Positions 15,731 through 25,358 are shown, counted from the first letter of the stretch. The stretch is DNA of 26,947 nt from a virus (IMGVR_UViG_3300031802_000011:1-26947), one strand, 5' to 3'. Notes: generated from the sequence alone by a model not told the origin. A program made the numbers and translations.

Positions 15731-16957
15731 TTATCCTCTTACCCAATTTTTATCAGCTGTAAAATTGGCTCGACTAAACTCCAATCTATCTACCAACTTT
15801 AAAGCCTTTCCTATATGGTCTATAGCAACAAAACCTTCGGGGGCAGTTACTTTATAGCCATCAGGTGTTTTTAAAAATGTTCCTATACTCTCTGCCTTTT
15901 CTAATTTTCGTATCACCATTGTCTTCGCAGTTTGTAATGAGATATATGTTGCAATAACAAAATACAATGAGACTTTATGTTTCTTTAACTCCCCTAGACC
16001 TACCTTCTTATGTTGGGTCCATTTCTTCTTAGCAGCTTCAGTACGAACGGAATCTATTTTTTTCTGCAACACATCTTTATAATAGGTTTCAAATTTTACC
16101 AAAACATTTCGTGTGTCTCTGATTTGTTCCCCACCTCGAATATATGAATTTAGAAAAATTTTCAATCTCGTACCTAATGCTAAATCTCCCCGAGATTGTG
16201 CAAGTGTTCGTAAATATGATGAAGCTTTCTTTAATGAACCACTTGCCATGTTCAATATATTTTGAAATTGTGTTGCTTCTCTCGGAGTAAATGTTAAATT
16301 TCCCGATGTATCTCTAAAAGTTGCATCAGTAGACCACACATTATTAGTACTATTTAGTTTATTTACACTCGCCCCAAACTTGGCAGACATCGCATCCATT
16401 GTCCTACCTGTATAAGTTGTGTGCCATACTACACCAATCTTCGATCTTTTAATTTCTTGAGCCAACTTATCTTGTGAAGGTACGGCGTAAGTAATTGTGT
16501 TAGGTGTAAATACAATCATGTTAATAGCATCTATGGTGTCTGTAGATAAATCTTCGGATGTATATAACAAATCACCTTGCCAGATGCCTGGTATCTTTAA
16601 GGCAGGAAAATATTTTAATGCGATTTTTAACTTGTCTGCAAGTCCGCCACCATGATTTGCATCTATGTCTGCATTGGTGTAATTAATCTTAGGAGTCTTA
16701 TTAAAAATCGACTTAGTGCCTACAAAAAACTTGTCGTTGTCTGGATTAGTACCGGCGAAAATGGCAGGGGCGCCATCCCACTTAACAGTTACATTCATTG
16801 ATCGTCTTGTATTACCTTCAAGCATATCTTTTAAGGCCACCAAAAAATTTATTGCGTTCTGTCCTCCCGCAAAGCCATGATTGAGAATATCATCTTCTAA
16901 ATGTTCTAGATGGGTATTCTTATCTTCAGTTAAAAAAAATTGCGAAAGTGTTTTCAT
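15731..16957 (-). CDS. DUF6267-like protein with ligase/capping-enzyme-type nucleotidyltransferase motifs
   Basis: NTHLEHLED, TVKWDGAPA (KxDG motif I), QGDLLY, PEGFVA (motif IV-like), LKLVDR (motif V-like). Confidence 0.75.
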   Translation of the reverse strand: MKTLSQFFLTEDKNTHLEHLEDDILNHGFAGGQNAINFLVALKDMLEGNTRRSMNVTVKWDGAPAIFAGTNPDNDKFFVGTKSIFNKTPKINYTNADIDANHGGGLADKLKIALKYFPALKIPGIWQGDLLYTSEDLSTDTIDAINMIVFTPNTITYAVPSQDKLAQEIKRSKIGVVWHTTYTGRTMDAMSAKFGASVNKLNSTNNVWSTDATFRDTSGNLTFTPREATQFQNILNMASGSLKKASSYLRTLAQSRGDLALGTRLKIFLNSYIRGGEQIRDTRNVLVKFETYYKDVLQKKIDSVRTEAAKKKWTQHKKVGLGELKKHKVSLYFVIATYISLQTAKTMVIRKLEKAESIGTFLKTPDGYKVTAPEGFVAIDHIGKALKLVDRLEFSRANFTADKNWVRG

Positions 16958-17247
16958 TAACTAAGTTCCAATTCAGCATATTTGTTATTCATTACCGCAG
17001 GCTTTAATTTAAAACCTTTATCTGGTATGATTATAGTAAAATTGTCAGTACTTTTCGTTGACGACCACTTCGGTGAACCATCTTTTTTTAATTGTTGAAA
17101 AGAACCTTTACTTAATTGTTTTACCCAATTTGTCTGTTTCTTACCTTTAGGATTAGTCCAAGTCAACTGAAATATTTTCTTTTTAGTTGCCCCAGCTCCT
17201 AATCGGTACTCTCTATCTTCACTGAAAAAGGTTTTAAATGTTTTCAT
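16957..17247 (-). CDS. Hypothetical basic protein with capsid-targeting-like N-terminus
   Basis: Starts MKTFKTFFSE; TAATG-coupled to the next gene. Confidence 0.75.
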   Translation of the reverse strand: MKTFKTFFSEDREYRLGAGATKKKIFQLTWTNPKGKKQTNWVKQLSKGSFQQLKKDGSPKWSSTKSTDNFTIIIPDKGFKLKPAVMNNKYAELELS

Positions 17248-17254
17248 TCTTCTT

Positions 17255-17283
17255 ATTATAACACATTTGTAAGATTAAATCAA
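17255..17283 (-). promoter_or_regulatory. Putative sigma70-type promoter TTGATT-17nt-TATAAT with extended -10 TG
   Basis: Minus strand reads TTGATT TAATCTTACAAATGTGT TATAAT AAGAAGA ATG. Confidence 0.5.
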
Positions 17284-18752
17284 ATTCTAATACTAATATC
17301 ACGGTTTATTAAAGTATTATTGACAGTCATGTCAAAGCCTAAAGAATTAGACAACGCCTTTAAACCATCAGCACCAGCTTGTTTAACTGCAATAACAATT
17401 CTCTTAATAAATCCAAGAAATTTACCCCAGAGCTGTTTAGCTTTATCTACAAATTTCTGCGACAACTCTTTTACCTTATCCCAAAATGCACCTTCTGTTA
17501 TAAAGCCTTCATTCAGTTGGTAAGAATATTCTTGAATTGCGTTATAATGTTCTGTTTGTAGTTCTTTTGAATTTTCAACAGTGTCCCTCAACCCCAATCG
17601 AAGATTTTGATATGCATCATAACCTGTCTTGATTTCTTTACCATCTACCTTTTTCTTTCGTGAAGATGATTTCCAATTTATCTCTAAACCTATCTGATCG
17701 GCATACTTGGTTATAATTTTAGCATTAATGTTTAGTACAGGATAAGAATGTACCACAAAATATTGTACTCCTCTGTTATCAGGTTTCCAACATAGCATAT
17801 ATTTTGCCTGTTGTACAGCATTTCCAAATTTATATCTTCCGGTAGCTGCCTCAAATACAAAAGCTTTCTTAAACAAAGCACCTTTTTCCCCTCTATTAAA
17901 GGTATCAGCTAAAAGTTTCTTTGCCTCATTGGCATTTTCTTGAAACTTACCTTCCATATCTTTAAGAAATTTCTTATTAACACTTCCAGCAACATCTACC
18001 ATAGTTGTCACCTGACTCGCTTTCTGTTTATTGTCTGCAATATCTAATATACTTTTTGGAGGGCTCCTAGGTTTCGCTACTCTCTTACCTGCCTTCTTAT
18101 CTTTTTCATATGCAGCTAATTCTTTTTCATACTTAGCTTTTTCTTGTTTTGCATATTGAAATAGTGTCTGGCCTGGTGCACCTTTATCTTTTAATATCTT
18201 CAAGTGTTCTACTGATGCATAGTATCCCTCAGTCGTTACTGCTTCTAATTTATGTAATAAGTTTGTAATTGCTACTGTTGCTCCCACCTCTAACCCAGCA
18301 AGATCAGCAGCTGCGGTTGCTGTTGCAATTGATTCTCCTTTCTTACCACTCATCAATTGAGCCCCACTTGCATTTTTAACTGAATATTGTTTACCCCCTA
18401 GTACAATATCAGTTTTTGAAGTATCTCTTCCACTCTTATTCGCCCAAGTGGCCCACTTTTTAGTAACTTGGCCGTGTTGCTGAAATGAAAATGAACCGTC
18501 ACCTCCTACTACATCGTAGATTTTCTTTCCAAAAATCATTAAATTTTTAACTTGTTCTTTTTCGGTACCATTGTTCCAAAACTTCTGAGCGATTTTGAAC
18601 TGTTTGTCTCGCTTCATGGCGCTTAATAAAATTTTATTGCCGGGCTTGCCGCCAGTTTTCGCTGCCTTATAAGCAACACCCATAACAGTTTCTAATGCTG
18701 TAGATACTTTAGTTGACTCAGTAAGGTAGGTATAACTTGTAAAAGTTTTCAT
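17280..18752 (-). CDS. 490-aa protein with putative PD-(D/E)xK nuclease-like core and capsid-targeting-like N-terminus
   Basis: Starts MKTFTSYTYLTE; upstream helix Glu (TALETV); TSKTDIVLGGKQYSVKNASGAQLMSGKKGE; amphipathic C-terminal helix. Confidence 0.55.
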   Translation of the reverse strand: MKTFTSYTYLTESTKVSTALETVMGVAYKAAKTGGKPGNKILLSAMKRDKQFKIAQKFWNNGTEKEQVKNLMIFGKKIYDVVGGDGSFSFQQHGQVTKKWATWANKSGRDTSKTDIVLGGKQYSVKNASGAQLMSGKKGESIATATAAADLAGLEVGATVAITNLLHKLEAVTTEGYYASVEHLKILKDKGAPGQTLFQYAKQEKAKYEKELAAYEKDKKAGKRVAKPRSPPKSILDIADNKQKASQVTTMVDVAGSVNKKFLKDMEGKFQENANEAKKLLADTFNRGEKGALFKKAFVFEAATGRYKFGNAVQQAKYMLCWKPDNRGVQYFVVHSYPVLNINAKIITKYADQIGLEINWKSSSRKKKVDGKEIKTGYDAYQNLRLGLRDTVENSKELQTEHYNAIQEYSYQLNEGFITEGAFWDKVKELSQKFVDKAKQLWGKFLGFIKRIVIAVKQAGADGLKALSNSLGFDMTVNNTLINRDISIRI

Positions 18753-18757
18753 ATCAA

Positions 18758-18765
18758 TATTTATA
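18758..18765 (-). promoter_or_regulatory. T4-type late promoter TATAAATA (leftward)
   Basis: TATAAATA-TTGAT-ATG(18752). Confidence 0.75.
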
Positions 18766-18781
18766 TATATTATAATTTTAC

Positions 18782-18789
18782 TATAAATA
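18782..18789 (+). promoter_or_regulatory. T4-type late promoter TATAAATA (rightward)
   Basis: TATAAATA-TTGTT-ATG(18795). Confidence 0.75.
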
Positions 18790-18794
18790 TTGTT

Positions 18795-20294
18795 ATGGCA
18801 GGTATTACTTTAGATTCTCTCAAAAAAACAGAAAGAGGTAAGGAAACTGGTCATAGAATCCTTACTCTCTTTACTAAATTTCTCCAACCTACTTATAAAT
18901 TTAGTATGTCATCGCCTTTAAATAAACAGGCTCAATCTCTAGGTCTAACTCCCACTACTCAACTTCCTCTCTTGGCTATTGAAGTATGGAAACCAGGTGG
19001 TAGAAGTTGGAGTATTCAAAAACAAAATCTACGTTCAGAGAATGAAAAAGAAACTGCTAAAAAATATATATTAGGAGCTTCTGAAGTATACTTTACTGTC
19101 AAATTACAAACTCCAGCAGTAAAAGGTCTAGAATCTATTCCTTTAAGTTGGATTGATAAACAAAATATTTTAGCTCCTACAACCGCAGCTACCGGTGGGG
19201 GAAGTGAATCTCTTGGTGTTAGAGCTGAAACGCTAATTATAGATGGAGTAACAAAAGATGATTTCATGTTCATGGGCACACCGGTAAAAGTAAAATGCTT
19301 TGATAGTGCTCAAGGTATAAAATCTTCAATCGTTAATGGGCTAAAGAAAAATAGTAGAGTGAGTGACGTTATTGTGGATACCTTTAAGGCGTGGGGAAAG
19401 AAAAATTGGAATACTATAACATGGAAAGGAAATATTCCAGACAACGAAATAAACCAATTAGGTAAATATGGAGGTGAAGTTATAACAGGAGTAATGGGGT
19501 TTGAAGATGAACATGCATTTCACTGGCAAGGAGAAAATCCTTTAAGAGGTACACAAAAGAAAGTAAAGTTTTTCTGTGTACCTATTGATCCTGCCTTTGC
19601 AGGTGTAGATACATTTTTAGAATTACAAGATGGCTGCAAGGTAGCCATCTCTAACAAATATGGTAAGGGAGCTGCTGCATCTTTTTTTGCCAACATTCTA
19701 CCATATGTAATGGAACATAAAAAAGAAAGTAAGGCTCGCACAACACTAAGATATCTTATAGAGATAGCTGAAAGTAAAGGAGTTACACCCGAAAAAATGA
19801 AAGGTAGAGGAGCACCTTCTAAAGAAATACTATATGAATATGGCTTTCGGCATATTCTAGATATATCTCCCACTGTTATTCGTAATCCCTACGATGTCTA
19901 TACAGCCATAAAACAAGGTAAGAAAAATAATGAGATTGCTATTACGACTGAGGCAGTAAAAACCTACCTTGCCGCTGATATTGCTGGGTTAGAGGCGAAA
20001 GCGACAGTAGCGATAAAAAAGCATCTCCCAAAGTCTTTAACTTCATTCTTTGCTAGAGTTACAGCAGAACAACTCAATCAAAAAGAAAACTTAAATCCTA
20101 TGATTGATATACTCGCTGGTAAAAATTTTTGGCAAGCTAATTTAGATGCCAGAAAATGGAAAGAAGGTGTAATATCGTATAGTATGTTCAACAGTGGAAA
20201 AATAAATTTAAAAATTATTGGCTCTAAAGGTGCAATCAAAGATATTGAAATGAAGGAAGGAATGATTAACTACTTTATGGGACCTAAATCTTAA
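18795..20294 (+). CDS. 499-aa protein with putative PD-(D/E)xK restriction-endonuclease-like domain
   Basis: Only substantial plus-strand gene. KYGGEVITG...PIDPAFAGVDTFLELQDGCKVAISNKYGKGAAAS gives an E...D...S-x-K arrangement. Confidence 0.6.
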   Translation: MAGITLDSLKKTERGKETGHRILTLFTKFLQPTYKFSMSSPLNKQAQSLGLTPTTQLPLLAIEVWKPGGRSWSIQKQNLRSENEKETAKKYILGASEVYFTVKLQTPAVKGLESIPLSWIDKQNILAPTTAATGGGSESLGVRAETLIIDGVTKDDFMFMGTPVKVKCFDSAQGIKSSIVNGLKKNSRVSDVIVDTFKAWGKKNWNTITWKGNIPDNEINQLGKYGGEVITGVMGFEDEHAFHWQGENPLRGTQKKVKFFCVPIDPAFAGVDTFLELQDGCKVAISNKYGKGAAASFFANILPYVMEHKKESKARTTLRYLIEIAESKGVTPEKMKGRGAPSKEILYEYGFRHILDISPTVIRNPYDVYTAIKQGKKNNEIAITTEAVKTYLAADIAGLEAKATVAIKKHLPKSLTSFFARVTAEQLNQKENLNPMIDILAGKNFWQANLDARKWKEGVISYSMFNSGKINLKIIGSKGAIKDIEMKEGMINYFMGPKS

Positions 20295-21684
20295 AATCTT
20301 TAAACTTATCATTACCAAAAGATGTATTATCAAAAACAGGTGTATCTGTTTGTCCTGTATCTACCAAACCTTCTTGAGCAGTAGCTGCCACATCATATAA
20401 TTTCATCTTAGCTCTATCTACACCTATAACAAATCTCTTATTCGCTGTGGGATCGTTATAACGATTCTTCAACTGTTTTACCAACATCTGATTCAATCCC
20501 TCTAACTCCTCAGTTGAAATCAATGCAAACATTAAATCTGCTGTCGCCGGTAACCCAAATGATTCAGACGTATCTTCCAAACCAATATCAGTTGATGTAA
20601 AACCTTGTCTGGTTGTTTGTGTTGCAGATACGATTGGAACATTTAACTCTACGGCTAGGCCTCTCATCTCCTCTGCAATACCTTTAATGTATGTGTAAGA
20701 ATTTACATTACTGCCATATCTAAATCTCTGTGATGCACAGATGTTAATATAATCTACAAAGATAATATCTGGTCTAAATGCCTTTTTCAATAGCAACTCA
20801 TTATGTAATGCACGAAAATGTCCACAATGGGCAGTCGCTGTAGGATACTCTTTAACAATTAATCTACCCGTTGTCTTTTTTTGTATCTTAGATACTCGGC
20901 TCTCAAACATTCGTCGTGGTAAATCATGTAAATCATCTAATGTTATATTCATTAAATTAGCATCTACTCTTTCGGCTACCTTTTTCTCTGCCATCTCTAA
21001 GGTGATATACAATACATTTTTATTCTGCATCAATGTAGACGCAGCAACATGACACATGAATAATGATTTACCTACACCGGTACCTGCAAGACATATATTC
21101 AGTGTCTTGTTTGGTAGACCACCTTTAGTAATTCGATTAAAGAAATCTAAATCAAATGGAATCTTATCTTCTTTGGTATGATAAAATTCATAGCGTTCTT
21201 CTGACTGTTCTATATAATCATGTCCGATGTGAGTATCAAAAGATACTGACAATGCATCCGTTAAAATTGCTGGGATAGCTTCTGCTGTTTGGTTTTTAGA
21301 CTTACCCTCTATAATATGAATCCCATCTAGTATTGCATTATAGATAGCTCGATCTTTACACCATTTTTCTGTTTCGTCCAACAACCATTGGCTATCAACT
21401 TTGGGTACATACGTTTCTAACTCACTAAGATATTCAAACGCATCTCTATACTGTTCTTCACTTAAAGAAACTTTTTGAAGATCAATACTAATAGATTCTA
21501 CATTAGGTGTACCATTATACTCCTCCACATAGTGAGAGATAACCTTAAAGATAGTTTTTTCTTTAAAATCTGCAAAGTATTCTTCCTGTATAAAAGGAAG
21601 AACCTTGCGTATATATTCCTCATCATAAATGAGGCTAGCTAGGATCGTTGTTTCTATTCGTTGTGTTAAATTTGATTTGGTCAT
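20284..21684 (-). CDS. 41: T4 gp41-like replicative DNA helicase (DnaB family)
   Basis: Walker A LAGTGVGKSLFMCH, VLYITLEMAE, LIVKEYPT, IFVDYINI, SATQTTR, DTSESFGLPATAD, VKQLKNRY. Confidence 0.97.
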   Translation of the reverse strand: MTKSNLTQRIETTILASLIYDEEYIRKVLPFIQEEYFADFKEKTIFKVISHYVEEYNGTPNVESISIDLQKVSLSEEQYRDAFEYLSELETYVPKVDSQWLLDETEKWCKDRAIYNAILDGIHIIEGKSKNQTAEAIPAILTDALSVSFDTHIGHDYIEQSEERYEFYHTKEDKIPFDLDFFNRITKGGLPNKTLNICLAGTGVGKSLFMCHVAASTLMQNKNVLYITLEMAEKKVAERVDANLMNITLDDLHDLPRRMFESRVSKIQKKTTGRLIVKEYPTATAHCGHFRALHNELLLKKAFRPDIIFVDYINICASQRFRYGSNVNSYTYIKGIAEEMRGLAVELNVPIVSATQTTRQGFTSTDIGLEDTSESFGLPATADLMFALISTEELEGLNQMLVKQLKNRYNDPTANKRFVIGVDRAKMKLYDVAATAQEGLVDTGQTDTPVFDNTSFGNDKFKDFKI

Positions 21685-21973
21685 GTTCTATACTTGCGTC
21701 AATAACATCTAATAATATATCACCGATGGTTGCACTAAACTCACCAGTTTTTAAATCTTCATCACTTGGATTATACATCACTTCATAGTCAAATGTCAAG
21801 GGAAGTTCATCTACTAATTCAGGATCAACTATATTACCTGTCTCATCATAAATTGTCATCTTAACATCGCTATAATTCCACACCACACCTGCATACTTGC
21901 CTTCATTTATTTTATAGGCAATTTCATTTGTGTTCTTGTGTTCTACATATTGATATGATACACACTTAGACAT
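21635..21973 (-). CDS. Probable gp40-like protein (head vertex assembly chaperone / recombination accessory)
   Basis: Acidic 112-aa protein in the T4 uvsX-40-41 syntenic position; EGKYAGVVWNY...LTFDYEV...IGDILLDVI. The call rests mainly on synteny and size. Confidence 0.5.
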   Translation of the reverse strand: MSKCVSYQYVEHKNTNEIAYKINEGKYAGVVWNYSDVKMTIYDETGNIVDPELVDELPLTFDYEVMYNPSDEDLKTGEFSATIGDILLDVIDASIEHDQIKFNTTNRNNDPS

Positions 21974-22544
21974 AATGACAATACGAATGTAATAGATATT
22001 TCTTACCAGATACAGGCTTTAACCCTGCATGATACCACATCCATAGTGGTGGAAACATCAACATACGTCCTCTCTTTGGTTTAATTTGATATGGTATATA
22101 AGTTCCTATTTTCTGTAGATTTGCAAAATGTGTCTCTCCCCCTTCTTCAACATCATTCAAGTAAATGAAAAAAGCTAAAAATCTTCTAGCTGTCTCATAA
22201 TTCAAAACATCTACATGAGAATCGAATCTATCATAATCATTAGGTAAGTAGCGTTTTATTCTGACAGCTTCATATCCATAATTTTCAGGCCACTGTTTAG
22301 CATGAATCTTACAATCAATTTTATATCGCATAATATGATCTTGGAATATTTCCATCAGTCCTTCTTGTATTTCTTTCCATTCGGGATGATTGACTAGTGT
22401 TATCTGTTCAAAAGATATTACTTCAGACTGATCTTCCCGATGAACAGTATCATAGTATTCGTGCGAATCTTCAAACTTTTCTATTAAAGTTTCACAAGAA
22501 ACTTTATCTAATACATCATCATATATTTTTATAAAATTATCCAT
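21966..22544 (-). CDS. 2OG-Fe(II) oxygenase (prolyl-4-hydroxylase-like)
   Basis: FDSHVD (HxD), [37 protein letters not shown]. Start at [10 protein letters not shown] preferred. Confidence 0.92.
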   Translation of the reverse strand: MDNFIKIYDDVLDKVSCETLIEKFEDSHEYYDTVHREDQSEVISFEQITLVNHPEWKEIQEGLMEIFQDHIMRYKIDCKIHAKQWPENYGYEAVRIKRYLPNDYDRFDSHVDVLNYETARRFLAFFIYLNDVEEGGETHFANLQKIGTYIPYQIKPKRGRMLMFPPLWMWYHAGLKPVSGKKYLLHSYCHYV

Positions 22545-23541
22545 AACTAAACTTTTCTTTTGCATAGGTGTCTAATTTTTCCATTATTTCGGGGGTGTAA
22601 TATTTTTCTGGATCATTATTGATTGTCTTACCAAATGTCTTTGTACCATCAGGTAACTCTATACGAGTCGATACTGATTTAAATATATCAGCTTCTATCG
22701 CCAACTCTAAAAGACCGTAATACTTGTCTAAACCCTTCGTGTAAGACAGCCTAACGTCTACCATTTGATTTTCTTTTGTTAGTCGTGACTTGTATGTCTT
22801 ACAATGGATGATATTACCTATCACCTCTGTGCCATCTTTCTCTTTCTTCTTTGAAAGATAAATGATTTGTGATGCAGCATACTTGAGTCCTGAACCACCA
22901 CCCATTTCTTTCTGTGGGAACATTGAACCAATCACATCATAGGTGTGATTAGTGAGTATCAATGGCACTCCAAGTTTACCTAACTTCAATGTTAGTACAC
23001 GAAAAGTGGCCTTAACTATTTGAGACCTGGTCATATCTCTAGTTTCTTTACCAGCTTCTGTATCTTCAATCTCTTTTGTAGTAGACAACATACCTAAGCT
23101 ATCAAGGCACATCATCATAGGTTTCTGTTCACTATCTCTATAAGTGGCAAGTACGGCTAATGATTGATGACGAAACTCTTGTACTGTGGTAACTGGTAGT
23201 ATCACCATACGAGTAGAATCTATACCACGTTCCTCAATCATATCTTTAGTGATAGCCGACTCACTCTCAAAGAATACTACATTGGCCTCTGGATTTTCTT
23301 CTAAAAAATTTTTACAAATACCTAAGACAAAAAATGTTTTGCCTGTTGCTGATTCCCCTGCCAGTGCAGTAATTTTATTTTGAGGTAACCCACCATAAAG
23401 GCTACCGGAACAAAGAGCATTAAAAATAAAACTGCCAGTACCGACATAACCACTGACATCAGCAGTAGCAAGACCATCACTAACAATTGTACCATATTCA
23501 TTTCCAGTTTCCTTAATCACATTTTTCAAGAAGTTTGACAT
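22537..23541 (-). CDS. uvsX: UvsX RecA-like recombinase
   Basis: [55 protein letters not shown] 23541 has a GGAG SD. Confidence 0.97.
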   Translation of the reverse strand: MSNFLKNVIKETGNEYGTIVSDGLATADVSGYVGTGSFIFNALCSGSLYGGLPQNKITALAGESATGKTFFVLGICKNFLEENPEANVVFFESESAITKDMIEERGIDSTRMVILPVTTVQEFRHQSLAVLATYRDSEQKPMMMCLDSLGMLSTTKEIEDTEAGKETRDMTRSQIVKATFRVLTLKLGKLGVPLILTNHTYDVIGSMFPQKEMGGGSGLKYAASQIIYLSKKKEKDGTEVIGNIIHCKTYKSRLTKENQMVDVRLSYTKGLDKYYGLLELAIEADIFKSVSTRIELPDGTKTFGKTINNDPEKYYTPEIMEKLDTYAKEKFSYG

Positions 23542-23680
23542 CTTGTTTTTCTCCTTCACTATAACTCATAGTATACCATTCTATATTATTTTCTTTAAAA
23601 AAATTTTCTATTTCTCCTTTCTTCTCTAAAGGAGCAAGAAAAGTAGAGTATTTTTGATTTTCATAAACAGCTACCAACAT
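23513..23680 (-). CDS. Small hypothetical protein (55 aa)
   Basis: Hand translation [60 protein letters not shown]-coupled to the upstream stop; fills the gap; below the ORF-track cutoff. Confidence 0.6.
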   Translation of the reverse strand: MLVAVYENQKYSTFLAPLEKKGEIENFFKENNIEWYTMSYSEGEKQDVKLLEKCD

Positions 23681-24108
23681 CAAATATACTCATAATTATC
23701 TGTCATTTCATTTTCACTAATCAATTTGGCTCCATTTTTTGTATGAAACTTGTAAGCCATTTCAGTTTTAGGTGAAAGTGTAATGTATCGTTTTATTTCT
23801 TTCTTATTTTCTTTAAGAAAGTCCCATGTCTTAATAACAATTTCTCTACCGGCACCTTTGTTATAACTCCACACTGTATAAAATACCGCACACTCTTCCC
23901 CCATAGGATCTACTAAATCTTCTACTGCTTTAGGAACTAGATTAGTATACGCCACACATAAGACAGCATCAACTTCTTCTCCTCTCTTTAAAGCATAAAC
24001 TTCTCTATTATAATTCCATCTAAATTGTTTGTCTAATTCTGGACGTACGGGATCATCTTCCCATTGAGGAAAATGCTCTTCCTCTTTTATCCTAATTAAA
24101 TTTCTCAT
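23680..24108 (-). CDS. Conserved phage protein, probable GNAT-like fold
   Basis: DDPVRPEL, AVFYTVWSYNKGAGREIV (motif A-like), TLSPKTEMAYKFHTKNGA (motif B-like). Confidence 0.55.
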   Translation of the reverse strand: MRNLIRIKEEEHFPQWEDDPVRPELDKQFRWNYNREVYALKRGEEVDAVLCVAYTNLVPKAVEDLVDPMGEECAVFYTVWSYNKGAGREIVIKTWDFLKENKKEIKRYITLSPKTEMAYKFHTKNGAKLISENEMTDNYEYI

Positions 24109-25358
24109 TAAAATAAACTTTCGAGAGTAGCTCTACGAGTGTGTCGAAATAAATCTAAATCAGTATTTTTTCCAAAGCACCATACATTCTCTATATAACT
24201 CTTTGCCATAAACTTTTCAAGTTCTTCCTTTGTTTTAAACACAGTCTTACCCTGGGGTCTTTGCATAATTCTCATACCCAATTGTCCTAAAAAATTAGGA
24301 CGCAAACTATCTACTAGTTCATCACAGGAATGATAACGTGTCCCTTTAATTTTAGGATCCATAATGTTAGTCATTAGAAATCCCTTATCACTTAAAGAGG
24401 TAAAACTATTTATTGCCACAGGGAGATAGAACTCATCTCTCCATCGTTCATAATGATTAAATTTTGACCACGACTGATCTTCCTCAAACTTACCTCCCTC
24501 ATTATATCTCTCTGTAGAAAAATATGGAGGAGATGTAAATGCACAATCTACATTCTCTATATTATCCCACAGCAAATCTTCTGCACCACATCTATATATT
24601 TGCACAGTCTTGCCTGGTGCAAGTTTATCAAACTCTCTTATCATCTCTGAATATATTTGAAATGTATTTGGGTTTGGATCACAACCAATATAATGCGTTG
24701 CGTTTGATGCATAGAAACCAGCAAGTCTATCTCCCCAACCCATAGATGTATCCAATACTGTCTTAGCATCTGTCATGTTATAGATAGTCTTGGCTACAAT
24801 AGGCTTAAACTGTGTTGCAATATATGTACCAAGACGGAGCACTTCCATCACACTCTTGGGACTTAAATCTTGTGATGTATTAACGCCTCTCCATAAACCA
24901 CCTATAGATGACCATACTCGTTTCCAATTTCCTTGTTCCCACACTTGAGCTGGAGCCATAAAACCATACGACCCGCACCGTAACCGTAATTGATTCATAA
25001 AATAATCACTACACGCATTAAATACTGAAGGTGTATTGATTATTCCTATCCCAAAATTTCTAAAAGAATATTTGTAATCATCATATTTTTCAATCACTTC
25101 ATTGTCTAAATGATCTGTAGGATGATCTATAGGTGTAATGAATTTACTATAATCTGCCTTTTGTAATTTACGAAAGTTATATATCATATCACTATATTGA
25201 AGCTCACGAAAAGGAAAAGGTGGCCTTTCTTGTTCAACATACTTCGCAATAGTAATTCGGAATTCCTCTTTACCATAGAGCTCTGTACAATAACGAAACT
25301 CACCTTTGTTCAAATAGAAATCATGTTCTTTCAAATAATTATATAGTTTTTCGTTCAT
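24108..25358 (-). CDS. Amino-type (N4-C or N6-A) DNA methyltransferase
   Basis: SAM-binding VLDTSMGWGDRL, YIGCDPN and catalytic AFTSPPYF. Confidence 0.85.
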   Translation of the reverse strand: MNEKLYNYLKEHDFYLNKGEFRYCTELYGKEEFRITIAKYVEQERPPFPFRELQYSDMIYNFRKLQKADYSKFITPIDHPTDHLDNEVIEKYDDYKYSFRNFGIGIINTPSVFNACSDYFMNQLRLRCGSYGFMAPAQVWEQGNWKRVWSSIGGLWRGVNTSQDLSPKSVMEVLRLGTYIATQFKPIVAKTIYNMTDAKTVLDTSMGWGDRLAGFYASNATHYIGCDPNPNTFQIYSEMIREFDKLAPGKTVQIYRCGAEDLLWDNIENVDCAFTSPPYFSTERYNEGGKFEEDQSWSKFNHYERWRDEFYLPVAINSFTSLSDKGFLMTNIMDPKIKGTRYHSCDELVDSLRPNFLGQLGMRIMQRPQGKTVFKTKEELEKFMAKSYIENVWCFGKNTDLDLFRHTRRATLESLF

